35,896 nucleotides of DNA from a virus (Duplodnaviria; Caudoviricetes): positions 1 to 35,896 of IMG/VR virus record IMGVR_UViG_3300046832_001492; one strand, 5' to 3'. Both the position numbers and the translations under genes were made by a program. Positions 8,212 through 16,144 of the stretch are shown piece after piece (positions within the stretch are counted from its first letter, which is position 1; each line of letters opens with the position of its first letter). The notes beneath the pieces were generated by a model, which was given only the letters and a program-made list of their open reading frames with translations, searched no databases and was not told the DNA's origin.

Positions 8212-8357
8212 AAAAGCGACTCTGGCTCGTGCAGGGGTTTAATTTTCTTCGCCTAAAAGTCGGGGACACTTTTTTGGCCTTCACCGAATCGGAAGCTCGG
8301 GAGCTTTTCCGAATTGAATACGGCTGCCCTGCGAGCCGGGTGGAGGTCGTCCGATGA
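8208..8357 (+). CDS. Small hypothetical protein, 49 aa (not in ORF track)
   Basis: MKKRLWLVQGFNFLRLKVGDTFLAFTESEARELFRIEYGCPASRVEVVR; ATGA overlaps on both sides. Confidence 0.6.
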   Translation: MKKRLWLVQGFNFLRLKVGDTFLAFTESEARELFRIEYGCPASRVEVVR

Positions 8358-8524
8358 GCGCGTGGGAGGCCGTCCTGCTTTCAAGCATCGCCTTCGGCTC
8401 GATGTGGGCTTGCTACGCGATCGGCTTTCGTGACGGGCGCATGACGGAGCGCCGTCGCCAAGAGCGCTACTACCGGCGCGAGGAGTTCGGGCGCGATTGG
8501 GACAATTACGAGGACTTCGACTGA
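8354..8524 (+). CDS. Small membrane protein, 56 aa (not in ORF track)
   Basis: MSAWEAVLLSSIAFGSMWACYAIGFRDGRMTERRRQ...; N-terminal hydrophobic helix. Confidence 0.6.
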   Translation: MSAWEAVLLSSIAFGSMWACYAIGFRDGRMTERRRQERYYRREEFGRDWDNYEDFD

Positions 8525-8617
8525 TTTTGCCTCGCTAGGTCTCAAGGAGACCGCAGGGGCCAAGGGGGGCAGCGCATCCCAAAAAACGCTGACCAACAAC
8601 AAACAAACAAAAGAGTG

Positions 8618-9544
8618 ATGAAAATAATTAAAGGCAAACAACAGCGACCACAGCGGGTCGTGATCTACGGGGTGGAGAGCGTCGGCAAGACGACTTTCGC
8701 CAGCAAGTTCCCAAATCCTCTCTTCCTCGACATCGAGGGCGGCAGCAACCACCTCGCCGTGGACCGTGTGGCGGTCTCGACTTGGAAAGAACTCGGCGAG
8801 TGCATCCAAGAAGCCAGCCGGACGGATTACGAGACGATCGTGATCGACTCGGCAGATTGGGCGGAGCGGTTGGCGGTTGAAGACCTCCTCGCTACGAACA
8901 AGAAGCAGAGCGTCGAGGATTTCGGGTTCGGCAAGGGCTGGGTCATGACGGCGGAAAAGGTCAGCCGGTTCCTGACCGCTCTGGATTCGCTCATCGATGC
9001 CGGCAAGCATGTGGTTGTCCTGGCGCACTCCAAGGTCCAGCGCACGGAGCCGCCGGACATCTTGGCCGCATACGACCGCTACGAACTCAAGCTCTCCAAG
9101 CAGTCCTCGCCGCTGGTCAAAGAATGGGCTGACGAGTTGTGGTTTTTCCGGTTCAAGACCAAGGCCGTATCGCAGGAGGGTGGCAAAGCCAAAGGGGTAG
9201 GGGGCAAGGAGCGGGTGATCTACACAACCCACTCGGCGGCCTACGACGCCAAGACCCGCTCGGGCCTCGCCGAGGAGTTGCCAATGGAGTGGGAGTCCGT
9301 GGCGCATGTCTTCGGCAAACCTGCACCCAAAACCTCGGCGCCTGCCGTGGAGATCATTGGCCGGGAGTCGGTGGCCGTCCTCGAGGACAACGAGGAAGTC
9401 GTCAACCTGTTCTTGGTCAGCAACGGATCCATCGCAGAGGGCCAGACATGGCGCGATGCCAGCGAGAAACTGCGCCAGCAGATCGTGGCGCGGCCTGCCG
9501 CTCTAGTGGCTAAAGCCAAAGCCCAAATGGAGGTGGCGGCATGA
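8618..9544 (+). CDS. AAA_24 / Sak4-like ssDNA-annealing ATPase
   Basis: Walker A GVESVGKT, LDIEGG, Walker B IVIDS, AKTR. Confidence 0.85.
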   Translation: MKIIKGKQQRPQRVVIYGVESVGKTTFASKFPNPLFLDIEGGSNHLAVDRVAVSTWKELGECIQEASRTDYETIVIDSADWAERLAVEDLLATNKKQSVEDFGFGKGWVMTAEKVSRFLTALDSLIDAGKHVVVLAHSKVQRTEPPDILAAYDRYELKLSKQSSPLVKEWADELWFFRFKTKAVSQEGGKAKGVGGKERVIYTTHSAAYDAKTRSGLAEELPMEWESVAHVFGKPAPKTSAPAVEIIGRESVAVLEDNEEVVNLFLVSNGSIAEGQTWRDASEKLRQQIVARPAALVAKAKAQMEVAA

Positions 9545-9801
9545 GCGAATTAACCACAGAGGACACAGAGAGCACGGAGAAAAAGAGGCTTTTAGTTCAA
9601 CTTGTGGCCGGACTTCTTGCGAGCGGTCATTATACCAATCCCGATGAAGGTTGCGATACGCCTGTTTTAAAAAGATACGACATCGGAGAAGATTGGAAAG
9701 AAGATGGATACCCAAGAAGGCACCCGTTCCATGTTCTTGATGATGCTGGATCCCTGCTAAATGACATTGAGTTCATAGTTAAGCAGGAGGGCGGGAAATG
9801 A
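9541..9801 (+). CDS. Hypothetical protein with repeat-derived N-terminus (TTEDTESTE)
   Basis: ATGA overlaps on both sides; lower GC than neighbours. Confidence 0.65.
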   Translation: MSELTTEDTESTEKKRLLVQLVAGLLASGHYTNPDEGCDTPVLKRYDIGEDWKEDGYPRRHPFHVLDDAGSLLNDIEFIVKQEGGK

Positions 9802-10808
9802 TCGCCAAGGAAATCTCTCCGAGTTCCTTGCCGAAGCTGGCCGAGTGCGCGCTCTTTACGGGCGCGCCAGGCACCAGCGCGGCAGCCGAGCGTGGCACGC
9901 TTCTAGACAAGGCGATCCGCGAGCTTTTGGTTGACGATCCGACCACCTACGACGGCCTCGCCGCCGAAGATCAGGCAGTGGCGCGGTGGGGCGTGGACGA
10001 ACTTCGGACGCTCTCCGGTGGCTACCATGTCGAGACGCGGGAAGAGCATCTCGGCATGGAGGTGCCGGGCCTTTCGAAGCCCGGCACGGCCGACGCGGTA
10101 TGCGTTCGGGCTCAGTGGGTGGCAGATGTAAAAACGGGAGCCGTCAGGAATTATAGGGAACAATTAAGTGCCTATTGTTTAGCCTGCATGCACGAGCATT
10201 TTGCGGATTCATGGACGGCTCATGTGATCTATGTCGATCAGCGACTCCGCCGCACTTACACCTTCACGAGGGAGCAAGCCGAGGCGACCGTTTCGGCGGT
10301 GATCGCAAACGCCAGCAGCCGATTGGCGGAGCCGACACCTAATGAATTTTGCGGCTGGTGTGCTCATCAAAACGGGTGCCGAGCCTTGGTGCGTCAATCC
10401 TCCGAGGCGCTGGCATTAGTCAAGTCCGACCTTTGTCTTACCGACATACGCGACCAAATCCTCGCCAATCCGGTCGAGCTGTCCGCCTTCGCCGCGAACT
10501 GGAAGCTGGCCGAGAAGCAGATCGCCGAGCCGGTTCTCGATGCGCTCAAAGAACGCCTCGCCGCCGGCGAGGACATCCCCGGCTGGAAGGTCACGACCGG
10601 CGCGGGCCGTCAGTTCGTGGATGCCGATGCCATCGCTCGGGCCTCCGCCAATGTTTCCAAAGAGACGCTCATCCTCGCCCTCGGCGGGAAGATGGGCGCC
10701 GACAAATTTCGCCAATTCTGCGCCGACGCCGGCGTGGAAATGGACGAGTCAGCGGTGAAGTCAGGGGCACCGATAAACACCCTGCGACAAATCAAATCCA
10801 AAAAATAA
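9798..10808 (+). CDS. Cas4-like PD-(D/E)XK exonuclease (DUF2800-like)
   Basis: GTAD...ADVKTG, QLSAY, C-terminal CGWC..C, IPGWK. Confidence 0.8.
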   Translation: MIAKEISPSSLPKLAECALFTGAPGTSAAAERGTLLDKAIRELLVDDPTTYDGLAAEDQAVARWGVDELRTLSGGYHVETREEHLGMEVPGLSKPGTADAVCVRAQWVADVKTGAVRNYREQLSAYCLACMHEHFADSWTAHVIYVDQRLRRTYTFTREQAEATVSAVIANASSRLAEPTPNEFCGWCAHQNGCRALVRQSSEALALVKSDLCLTDIRDQILANPVELSAFAANWKLAEKQIAEPVLDALKERLAAGEDIPGWKVTTGAGRQFVDADAIARASANVSKETLILALGGKMGADKFRQFCADAGVEMDESAVKSGAPINTLRQIKSKK

Positions 10809-10809
10809 T

Positions 10810-11232
10810 ATGCCTACCTACAAACAACAGGAACCCCAAGCGCCACAGATCAAGCCAGGAAAACACAAGGTCGAGATCGAAGGCGCGGAACTCAAGATCA
10901 GCGACCGCACCGGAAACGAATACATCCGCCTCAAGTGCCGGGTGAAACTCCCTGACGGCAGCAACGGCGGGACGATCTACGACAACATGGTTTTCACCGC
11001 CAAGTCGGCATGGAAGATCGACCAAATCCGCGAGGCGCTGGGCTTTGCCATCATCCCAAACGAGGACGCCAGCGTGGAACCGGAACACCTCGTCGGCCGC
11101 ACCGGCACGGTGATCGTGGAGCTTAATGACGACACCGGATACCACGAGATCGACAGCTGGGTTTCACCCAAATCCTCGGCCCCCGCGCCGAAGGCCAAGC
11201 CTGCCAAAGAGACCGACGACATCCCGTTCTGA
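10810..11232 (+). CDS. Single-stranded DNA-binding protein (DUF669-like)
   Basis: Acidic C-terminal tail ETDDIPF; follows the Sak4-like and exonuclease genes. Confidence 0.75.
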   Translation: MPTYKQQEPQAPQIKPGKHKVEIEGAELKISDRTGNEYIRLKCRVKLPDGSNGGTIYDNMVFTAKSAWKIDQIREALGFAIIPNEDASVEPEHLVGRTGTVIVELNDDTGYHEIDSWVSPKSSAPAPKAKPAKETDDIPF

Positions 11233-11280
11233 TTCAAACCTCCGGGGCGCGGCGTGGATACGCGCACGAATTTTTAACCC

Positions 11281-11478
11281 ATGACCCAAGACCTCTCCCT
11301 CCGCATCTCCATCTGCTTGAACGACTGCCCGATCGGGCCGCGCATTCAACGGGCGGAGCCGCTGCCGCCTTATCGGCACACCTACTCGCTGGCAGAGCAG
11401 GCGGTGGCGGAGGCCGACATGGAGCGCGTGCGGAAATACATCGAGCGGAATCAGAACACTATGAAGGGAAAGAAATAA
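11281..11478 (+). CDS. Hypothetical protein
   Basis: 65-aa ORF in the operon. Confidence 0.6.
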   Translation: MTQDLSLRISICLNDCPIGPRIQRAEPLPPYRHTYSLAEQAVAEADMERVRKYIERNQNTMKGKK

Positions 11479-11479
11479 C

Positions 11480-11932
11480 ATGGCCGGAGAATGGATTAAG
11501 GTAGAGAACCACCTGCACGAGAAGGTCGAGGTGGCGGCGATTGCCGACCACACCGGATTAGACCTGGATGCGGTGGTCGGGAAGCTCGTGAAGGTGTGGG
11601 CTTGGGCGTCACGGAATTGTTACGCTGACGGCGTAACGGGCGTTACGGCACTGCGCATCATCCGCGAAATCACGCACACGCCGAACTTCGATGAAGCGAT
11701 GGCAAAATGCGGTTGGTTGATCGTGAAAGGCGACAAAATCGAGTTTGTAAACTTCGATCGGCACAACAGCCAAACATCTAAAGACCGAGCACTTGCGGCC
11801 CTGCGAATGGCCAAGAAACGCGGCAACGATGCCGTTACGGAAAAGTTACGGGACAAGCGTAACAAATCTGTAACCAGAGAAGAGAAGAATAAAGAGCGGT
11901 CTTGCGACCGCTTCCTCCCTACCTGCGTATGA
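11480..11932 (+). CDS. Replication initiator (short; N-terminal wHTH-type domain)
   Basis: MAGEWIKVE...VGKLVKVWAWA...NFDRHNSQTSKDRAL; contains GTTACG/CGTAAC repeats; precedes DnaB. Confidence 0.75.
   Translation: MAGEWIKVENHLHEKVEVAAIADHTGLDLDAVVGKLVKVWAWASRNCYADGVTGVTALRIIREITHTPNFDEAMAKCGWLIVKGDKIEFVNFDRHNSQTSKDRALAALRMAKKRGNDAVTEKLRDKRNKSVTREEKNKERSCDRFLPTCV
11619..11874. repeat. Iteron-like GTTACG/CGTAAC repeats, probable replication origin
   Basis: Copies at 11619, 11632, 11642, 11834, 11845, 11858 and partial 11870, in both orientations. Confidence 0.6.
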
Positions 11933-13200
11933 CAACACTCCCCAAGATTATCCAGATGCTCCCAAGCGTCCCACTCAACGAAACCGCCGAGAAGGCTGCG
12001 ATCTCCTGCATCCTGCAAAACTTCGAATGCCTGAGAGTCATGTCCTGGCCCGAGGAGTTGTTTTTTTCGGAGGCGCACAAAATCATTTTGACCACGGCGA
12101 AGGAACTCGCCGAGACGGGCATGGCGACCGACCCGTTCGCGGTGCAGTCTCGGCTCGAAGCCAAGGGCCAACTCGACGCGATAGGCGGGATGCACGGCTT
12201 CACCGAGTTGGTGGACTTCATGCCAACCGGCGACGCCAAAACGGCGGCATGGCACCGGAGCGCACTGATGGACGCGGCAAGGTATCGCCGGGCATTGTCC
12301 GCGGTGCGTGAGGCCGAGGGGGCTTTTCTTCGCCAGGAGGGAGACATTGCCGGTGTGTCGCTGGCTCTCTCCGAAGCAGCGATGATGGTGGACCGCCCGA
12401 GGGTTTCGACCAAAGACCTCCTGCTCAAACTTACGGAGGAACTCGAAAACCACACGCCCGCGGAGGCATTTGGCACCGGCATCGATCGTCTGGACCGCTG
12501 GACGAATGGCGGCGTCAAGCGGGGTGAACTCCTGACGATCGGCGCGCCGACCTCGGGCGGTAAGTCGATCCTGCTCCTCCAGATGGCAGTGCAGGCAGTC
12601 CTCGCTGGCAAAAAGGTGGCGGTCTTCAGCCTGGAGATGCCGGCCACCCAAGTCCTCGCTCGCATGGTCTCGCACTTGGCGGGCTTTAATGTCGGCGTCT
12701 TCCGCATCGCGGGCGCCAAAGGATCGGTCAACAAGGACATGCTGGCGAAATTCAACTCGGCCTCGGCTTTGATTTCCCAATCCGGCCTCGTGGTCGAGTC
12801 GGGCTTTACCGACATGGAGTCGATCGACGCCTCGGCGCGTGACCTCGCGGGCAAGGGCAACGCGGATCTCGTGATCGTGGACTATGTGCAACTCGTCCAC
12901 CTGCGGGCCATGGCATCGAACGAAACACGCGAGCAGCATGTGAGCGAGATCACCCGGCGGCTCAAGGCGCTGGCTTTGCAACTCAACATCGCGGTCGCCA
13001 CGGCCAGCCAGCTCAACGAGGACGGCAAACTGCGCGAATCCCGCGCCATCGGGATGCACTCCGACCATGTGTGGATGATCCGCCACGGAGACGAATCCTT
13101 TATTTCACTCGACAAAAACCGCGACGGCGAGCGCGGCCACGCGGTGCCGGTCCAGATGGACGGCGCCATCGCCAAATTCACCCAACAACAAGACTCATGA
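11929..13200 (+). CDS. dnaB: Replicative DNA helicase, DnaB family
   Basis: Walker A GAPTSGGKS, FSLEM, VIVDYVQL, SQLN, LRES, KNRDG. Confidence 0.93.
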   Translation: MTTLPKIIQMLPSVPLNETAEKAAISCILQNFECLRVMSWPEELFFSEAHKIILTTAKELAETGMATDPFAVQSRLEAKGQLDAIGGMHGFTELVDFMPTGDAKTAAWHRSALMDAARYRRALSAVREAEGAFLRQEGDIAGVSLALSEAAMMVDRPRVSTKDLLLKLTEELENHTPAEAFGTGIDRLDRWTNGGVKRGELLTIGAPTSGGKSILLLQMAVQAVLAGKKVAVFSLEMPATQVLARMVSHLAGFNVGVFRIAGAKGSVNKDMLAKFNSASALISQSGLVVESGFTDMESIDASARDLAGKGNADLVIVDYVQLVHLRAMASNETREQHVSEITRRLKALALQLNIAVATASQLNEDGKLRESRAIGMHSDHVWMIRHGDESFISLDKNRDGERGHAVPVQMDGAIAKFTQQQDS

Positions 13201-13770
13201 ACAAATTAAAAAATACCTTTTATTCAAATCATCAAACCCAAGGATGTTTTTCTTTAATAACTCTTTTACGCAGAGATTTAAACTCCCGTGCGCCAATAAG
13301 TGAGCTCTTCCATTTGCTAACAACGAAAGGTTTGACGGGTCGTTATTATGAGGATCGCAATCAATATGATGAACGACCTCGTGCGATTCTAGCATTCTAC
13401 CAATCTTTTTTTCCATCACAGCGCGATGCTCGTAAATCCTACCATGGTGAGCTTTTGGATGATTCGGCATCCAAATTCTTAAAGCAGTCTTTCCATTTGA
13501 TCGCACCTTTTCTGTTTTTTCTTTCCATGCGTGATGGTTTTTGCCGCTTCGTTGAAATATCCAGCATTTTTTACTGCATGTCAGCTTTTCTCCACGCTTC
13601 GATATATCAGAAACCGATCTCAGCGTGTTTTTTCCACAAATGCAACATTCAGCATATCTCCAATAAAACCTTTGCCCTTTAGGTCTAAATTTAGTGACTT
13701 TTCTTTCATAAAATCTCCCATCACCCAAATCAAAAAGCAACTTACCTTTATGTTTAAATGATTTCGTCAT
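13195..13770 (-). CDS. Free-standing HNH homing endonuclease with Zn-finger, inverted
   Basis: YEHRAVMEKKIGR...VVHHIDCDPHNNDPSNL...H; CCICG...CSKKC; AT-rich. Confidence 0.88.
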   Translation of the reverse strand: MTKSFKHKGKLLFDLGDGRFYERKVTKFRPKGQRFYWRYAECCICGKNTLRSVSDISKRGEKLTCSKKCWIFQRSGKNHHAWKEKTEKVRSNGKTALRIWMPNHPKAHHGRIYEHRAVMEKKIGRMLESHEVVHHIDCDPHNNDPSNLSLLANGRAHLLAHGSLNLCVKELLKKNILGFDDLNKRYFLICS

Positions 13771-13839
13771 GTCGTCTGATTGAAAATTTGCAGGCATATC
13801 AAAACTATACTCAACAAAGAAAATAAATCAAAGAAAAAA

Positions 13840-14286
13840 ATGAACATTTACATTGGCATTGACCCTGGAATTAACGGAGGGATTGCCGTTATTCATTCTA
13901 ATTCTGCGGTAGCATATAAAATGCCGCAAACTAACAGCGATTTGTGGGAATTGATTTTAGAAATAAAAGAAATTTCCAAAATTGAAGAGCTGCATATTAA
14001 ATGCTGCCTAGAGGCTGTATCTTCAAGCCCGCAAATGGGCGTTTGCTCGGCATTTACTTTTGGTCAAGGATTTGGCCATCTTGAAATGGCTCTTACTGCC
14101 GCACGCATCCCCTACGAGCGAATCCGCCCGCAGGCATGGCAGAAGGCAATGGGGTGTTTGACCAAGGGCGATAAGAATGTGAGCAAACGCCGAGCGCAAG
14201 AGCTTTTCCCGACGCTGAAGGTCACGCACGCCACAGCGGACGCTTTGCTCATCGCCGAGTTTAACCGGAGGACAGCCAAGCCATGA
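13840..14286 (+). CDS. RuvC-like Holliday junction resolvase
   Basis: YIGIDPGINGGIA, LE.V, FTFG..FG, PQAWQK, ADALLIA. Confidence 0.85.
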   Translation: MNIYIGIDPGINGGIAVIHSNSAVAYKMPQTNSDLWELILEIKEISKIEELHIKCCLEAVSSSPQMGVCSAFTFGQGFGHLEMALTAARIPYERIRPQAWQKAMGCLTKGDKNVSKRRAQELFPTLKVTHATADALLIAEFNRRTAKP

Positions 14287-14507
14287 CCTACGACGACAAA
14301 GGGTGCCGCGAACTCATGTGCGCTTTCATTCGCCAGACCGTGTTCGATGTCGATGCCAAGACGGATTTTGCGAACAAAAACAAGAACGCCGAGTGGGAAC
14401 TCCACAAGGCCAGCGCGATCCGCTTTATCCGCTCGCCGATGTTCGTCTCCCTCTGCCGCACCCTTCGACTCCCTGCCGACAAAATCCAACGCCGAGCCTT
14501 CCAATGA
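14283..14507 (+). CDS. Hypothetical protein
   Basis: 74 aa; ATGA overlaps. Confidence 0.7.
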   Translation: MTYDDKGCRELMCAFIRQTVFDVDAKTDFANKNKNAEWELHKASAIRFIRSPMFVSLCRTLRLPADKIQRRAFQ

Positions 14508-15136
14508 TTAATCACTACCCAACATTCCCAGCCGAGGCCGCCCGGCTGCACAACCTACATCACGCGGATCCGCATTACTGGCCGGATGTCGCCAGCGAGA
14601 TCGACACCCCAGAAGAAATCCTCGCCGACGAACTCGGCACGACCCCCAAGATCGTGCGCTCCATGCTGGCATGGCTCCGAGAGCATCAGAGCGCCGGGAA
14701 GACGCAGGAGCAGGCGGACACGCTCGCGAAGGCGTTTGCCATTGCCGTGCCGCGTAAGGGGAAGATCGACCTCTCGCTTGTCGGCCTGCGGTTCCTCGGC
14801 CTCTTCTGGCTGCTCAACTCCTCGGGCGAAAGCCTCACCGACCTCGCCAAGCGGGCGCAGGTCTCCAAGCAGCTCCTCGACTGGCATGCCAATAAGCTCG
14901 GGCGCGAACTCAATTTCCACGGCTGGCAGCAGAAGGCCTCAACCACGCGAGCGGCCTACTCCGAAGGCACGCGCCAGCGGTGGGCAGAACTCACCCCAGA
15001 AGAACGGCGCCAACGCCGGGCAGGGAAGGGGAAGACCCCAGAACCCAAGCCGATCACCAACAAGCAGGACGCCCTGCGGGTGACAATGCTTCAACTCCAA
15101 CAACAAAAAAAACAACAAAAACATGCAATCGCTTAA
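14504..15136 (+). CDS. HTH protein, candidate late transcription regulator
   Basis: SLTDLAKRAQVSKQLLDWHANKL HTH; position analogous to lambda Q. Confidence 0.55.
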   Translation: MINHYPTFPAEAARLHNLHHADPHYWPDVASEIDTPEEILADELGTTPKIVRSMLAWLREHQSAGKTQEQADTLAKAFAIAVPRKGKIDLSLVGLRFLGLFWLLNSSGESLTDLAKRAQVSKQLLDWHANKLGRELNFHGWQQKASTTRAAYSEGTRQRWAELTPEERRQRRAGKGKTPEPKPITNKQDALRVTMLQLQQQKKQQKHAIA

Positions 15137-15560
15137 CCTCATCCTCGCCAACGAGGCATTCACTAAACTCGACCAACTCGAACTTTGGGAGATTCCCCAG
15201 GACACAACCAAGGAACAATGGCAGGAGGGGCACCGCCAACTCCTTCTCCTTGGTCAGGTGGTCAAACAACTCCTGCCCAAGTCCGAGCGATTCGGCCAGA
15301 GGCATTTCGGCAACGATGCCGTGATCCAGGTCGAGGCTCAGTTCATGCTAGACTTTGGCCTTCCGATCCCTGAGGCGTCGAACACCCCACGCTTGGAAGG
15401 CGACGAGGCCGTCATCGATATGCTCGAGCGTGGCTTCCAAAGGTGGGTCGAACGCTCCGGCTCCATGGAGCTATGGGACAAGGCAAGGCTCGAGCGCGCC
15501 CTGCGAATGATCGAACCGCTGGCCGAACAAGCCAAGAGGATCCGAGAACTATTGGCATGA
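15123..15560 (+). CDS. Hypothetical protein
   Basis: 145-aa ORF in the operon. Confidence 0.7.
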   Translation: MQSLNLILANEAFTKLDQLELWEIPQDTTKEQWQEGHRQLLLLGQVVKQLLPKSERFGQRHFGNDAVIQVEAQFMLDFGLPIPEASNTPRLEGDEAVIDMLERGFQRWVERSGSMELWDKARLERALRMIEPLAEQAKRIRELLA

Positions 15561-15835
15561 GTGACACACCCGAGACGGACGCCAAAGTTTCCGCACACAT
15601 TGGATTCTATTCGTGCGCAACGGTCCCTGCTGAATTGTGCCGACGCATGGAGCGCGAGCGGGATGAGGCGCGGAGAAAGCTAAAGGACTTGGATGTCGCT
15701 GCAATCCATTCATGCCACAACGAATGCAAACGACCGATGTGTGTGTTAAGGCGCGAACGCGACGAGTTGCTCGAGCGCAACGCCAAGCTGCGCGACATAG
15801 CAGACAGGGCGCTAATGCTTAACCAATCCCAGTGA
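15557..15835 (+). CDS. Hypothetical coiled-coil protein (MSDTPETDA...ERERDEAR type)
   Basis: ATGA overlap; repeated RERDE. Confidence 0.65.
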   Translation: MSDTPETDAKVSAHIGFYSCATVPAELCRRMERERDEARRKLKDLDVAAIHSCHNECKRPMCVLRRERDELLERNAKLRDIADRALMLNQSQ

Positions 15836-16059
15836 CCTGCCCAACATGCGGCACCGACACCCGAGTCATCGCCACCCGCGAAGGATACAGGCGCAGGGTA
15901 TGCACCAAGGGCCATCGGTTCGTCACACTAGAACAGGCGCACGAAACAAAATTCCCATGGCTATCCAAACCCAAGCGCAAACCATTGAAGAAGAAAAAGA
16001 AACCAAAGCAGGACGACAAATGGATCGAACGCATCGAGGCCAAGCTGGCCGAGACATAA
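15832..16059 (+). CDS. Zinc-ribbon protein (NrdR N-terminal/Ogr-like)
   Basis: CPTCGTDTRVIATR...RRRVCTKGHRFVTLE. Confidence 0.7.
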   Translation: MTCPTCGTDTRVIATREGYRRRVCTKGHRFVTLEQAHETKFPWLSKPKRKPLKKKKKPKQDDKWIERIEAKLAET

Positions 16060-16091
16060 AAATGCCGGGTGCAAACTAGGATGACTCCCCA

Positions 16092-16144
16092 ATTTGACAC
16101 CCGGCTGTTGTCGTGCAAACAACGACAACCGGCTCGTGTCAAAT
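16092..16144 (+). promoter_or_regulatory. TTTGACAC motif within a long hairpin occluding the HNH start codon
   Basis: ATTTGACAC...GTTGTCGT-gcaaaca-ACGACAAC...GTGTCAAAT; GTG at 16113 is 12 nt after the motif. Confidence 0.75.

Noticed and set aside
9798-10808. CRISPR-Cas system suggested by the Cas4-like nuclease
   Set aside because: No repeat-spacer array or other cas genes; the Sak4-exonuclease-SSB context indicates recombination.
11620-13086. 488-aa antisense ORF over dnaB (likewise 21344-22792, 23858-25111, 28573-29577, 8381-9307)
   Set aside because: Shadow frames caused by strong codon bias on the coding strand; no recognisable motifs, and they mirror well-supported + strand genes.
13071-13682. 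203-aa + strand ORF across the HNH
   Set aside because: Antisense shadow of the motif-bearing - strand HNH gene.
12087-14164. TTTGACC/TTTGACG occurrences in early genes (about 12087, 13331, 14157) and at 25809
   Set aside because: They differ at position 7, are intragenic and have no start codon or leader at the fixed distance, so they were not counted as late motifs.
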